A stretch of DNA of 64,000 nucleotides from Octopus vulgaris (taxonomy: Eukaryota): positions 84,568,001 to 84,632,000 of the forward strand of contig OX597814.1 in the NCBI GenBank assembly GCA_951406725.2. Reading direction: 5' to 3'. Position 1 is the stretch's first letter. Each line of letters begins with the position of its first letter. The translations under genes were made by a program, and so were the position numbers. Below are positions 61,694 through 64,000 of this stretch, in pieces. The notes under the pieces are model-generated. The model was not told where the DNA came from, ran no database searches, and was given only the letters and a program-made list of their open reading frames with translations.

Positions 61694-62976
61694 GTAAGTA
61701 TATTTTATGGTTTCCCTCCCATTCAGTGATATCATATATAACAATATAGCAAGTTACTTGGTGACTCTGCCAGTGCTGGTGTCATGTAAAAAGCATCCAG
61801 TCCACACTGTAAAGTGGTTGGCATCTGGAAAGGCATCCAGCTGTAAAAACCATGTCAAAACTAACCTCACTTGTGCTGGTGCCATGTAAAATGCACTCAG
61901 TCCACTCTGTGGGGTGGTTGGTGTTAGGAAGGGCATCCAGCTGTAAAAGTCATGCCAAAACAGACACAGAAGTCTGGTGCAGTCTTCTGCCTAGTCAGCT
62001 TCTGTTAAACTGTTCAACTCATGCCAGCATGGAAGGCAGACGTTAAACGATGATGGTGGTGTTGGTGGCAGCGGCGGTTGTTGTTGTAACCATGTCTGTG
62101 TAACAGCTTGGATGTTGTTTTATAAAGTCTTTTAATTATGTTATCTTTTACTTGTTTCAGTCATTGGACTGCAGCCATGCTCCTGTACCACCTAAAAATT
62201 TAGTCAAACAAATCTTCAAAGTGTAATACTTTTTTTTTTAAGGCTGGTGCTTATTCTGTCTCTCTTTTTGTTGAACCACTAAGCTGTAGGGACATAAACA
62301 AACCAATAGTCAAATGGTGATGGGGACAATGGCCTGGCTCTCTGTTGGTTACAGTGATGAGTGTTCCAGAGGATATGGTCAGCAGAACAGCTTGCTTGTG
62401 AAATTAGCATGCAGGTGGCTGAGCACTCCACAGACAATTGTACTCTTAATGTAATTCTCTTGGAGATTCAGTGTGACATAGAATATGACAAGGCTGGCCC
62501 TTTGAACTATAAGTGCTAGTCATTTTCACCAGCCGAGTGGACTGGAGCAATGAAAACTAAAGTGTCTTGCTCAAGGACACAATACACAACCAGGTATCAA
62601 ACTCACATCCTTACAATCATGAGCTGAATACCCTAGCCACTAAACTGTGTGCCTTTACAAGCACAAAGACATACGCACATAAATACATGCTTACACACTC
62701 ACACACACGATATGCTTCTTTTTGTTGCCATCTACCAAATTCACTCACAAAGCTTTCATTAACCTGATTGAAGCTATAGTAGAAAATACTCGCCCAAGTG
62801 CCATGCAGTGGGACTGAAACCAGAACTCTGGGGATGTCAAACAAACTTCTTACCACACAGTCACACCTGTCCACTGGGAATCATGTAGAAAATAGAAGTT
62901 AGAAAAGATAGAGGAATGGTATGAGCATACCCTTGTCCAGTATAACAATGTCTTAAGTTAGCAAAACCGTTTAAGA

Positions 62977-63221
62977 AAGTGGTTCTCTACTAGGTTCCAT
63001 ATGGCTCTTAGGGGTACATATTTAATTTTGTTGTTAAAATTTATGTGCAATAAACTGGTCATACATCTACAATACACAGATTATTTTAATTATTTTATGC
63101 AATTCATAATATTAAATTACAAAAATTACAATAGGATTTCTTTTTATATTCATTGAATGGCTATATGAGTCTAGTAAAGTAAAATAGGAGTCCATAAGCA
63201 AAAAATGGTTGAAAACCAGTG
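62977..63221. mobile_element. hAT MITE (same family as 14933, opposite orientation)
   Basis: degenerate TIRs, perfect 8-bp TSD GTTTAAGA. Confidence 0.85.
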
Positions 63222-63616
63222 GTTTAAGATTTCGCAACAGGGAGAGAGAGGGAAGGCTTTATATTGTTGTGAATAAGAAATCAAGTGAATGTAAAATAAT
63301 TGATATTGTAATACCTGGCAACAGTAGAATTGTGATCAAGGAACAAAAAGTAGAAAAGCATCAAAATCTTCAGTGAGAAATCGTAAATGATGATCATTTA
63401 TGGAAGATAACATGTAATAACAGTAGTGATAATATTTCCAGGTATAATCTTGAAAGGATTAATTGGAAAATTGGCAAAGTCATTAGAGCATAGTTCAAAA
63501 TACTTTGAAGTATTTGTTCCAGCTCTCTGTGTTCTGAATTAGGACCTTCATTGAGAAATTGTAACTAGCTGGTCATTTATGGAAGATAACAGTAGTGATA
63601 AAATCTACAGCTATAG

Positions 63617-63842
63617 CAGTAGTTTCCAAAGTGGGGGTGGGGTACATTAAAGAGAAACAGGGTGACTAAAAGTGGGTAATGGATATAAGAAAAACCAAAA
63701 TAAGGGGTTAATTAGGTAAAGTTTTATTTGTGAAATGCAGTTGTTTTGAATTTACTGTAGAAAGTGGTCTATATGTGTTGTGCACTAGGAATGTGGCCTG
63801 GGTGTCAAGGGGCAGTAGCCTGAAAAGGTTTGGAAACTACTG
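63617..63842. mobile_element. hAT MITE
   Basis: TIR CAGTAGTTTCCAAA..TTTGGAAACTACTG; perfect 8-bp TSD AGCTATAG. Confidence 0.92.
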
Positions 63843-64000
63843 AGCTATAGTTTTGAATAGACTAGTTGGCAAATTGGCAGAGTCATTAAAGCATAGTCCA
63901 AAATACCTTGCAGTATTTGTTGCAGATCTCTGTGCTCTGTGTTCAAATCCAACGAAAGTCAACTTGTATTCTTTCAGGGTTGATTGAGGAAAGTACCAGT

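Noticed and set aside
61694-64000. Terminal RAD50 exon and 3' UTR
   Set aside because: No convincing phase-2 acceptor with a matching C-terminal peptide found; the region is mostly repeats, so the exon probably lies beyond the window.

Overview
Eukaryotic, AT-rich, repeat-dense genomic DNA. The SINE/MITE repertoire looks like coleoid cephalopod (Octopus-like) sequence, which is an inference. The whole window lies inside one + strand gene, RAD50. I reconstructed 32 GT-AG coding exons by hand (924-61693, 3230 nt, about 1076 codons, all phases compatible, no stops). They cover both coiled-coil arms, the CCPLC zinc hook, the signature motif CSAGQ, Walker B/D-loop LDEPTTNLD and the His-switch ITHD. 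The N-terminal Walker A exons lie upstream of the window, and I did not find the final exon. Introns hold several tRNA-derived and RTE-tailed SINE families, a full-length degenerate mariner, hAT/piggyBac/Tc1-type MITEs, RTE LINE remnants and two Penelope-type fragments with minimal hammerhead ribozyme motifs. The most interesting items are these ribozyme motifs, an inverted intronic duplication bracketing a frame-preserving 591-nt exon block, a 400-bp intronic hairpin, and ATPase-domain codons that A-to-I editing would revert to the conserved residue. Exon numbers are counted within this window.
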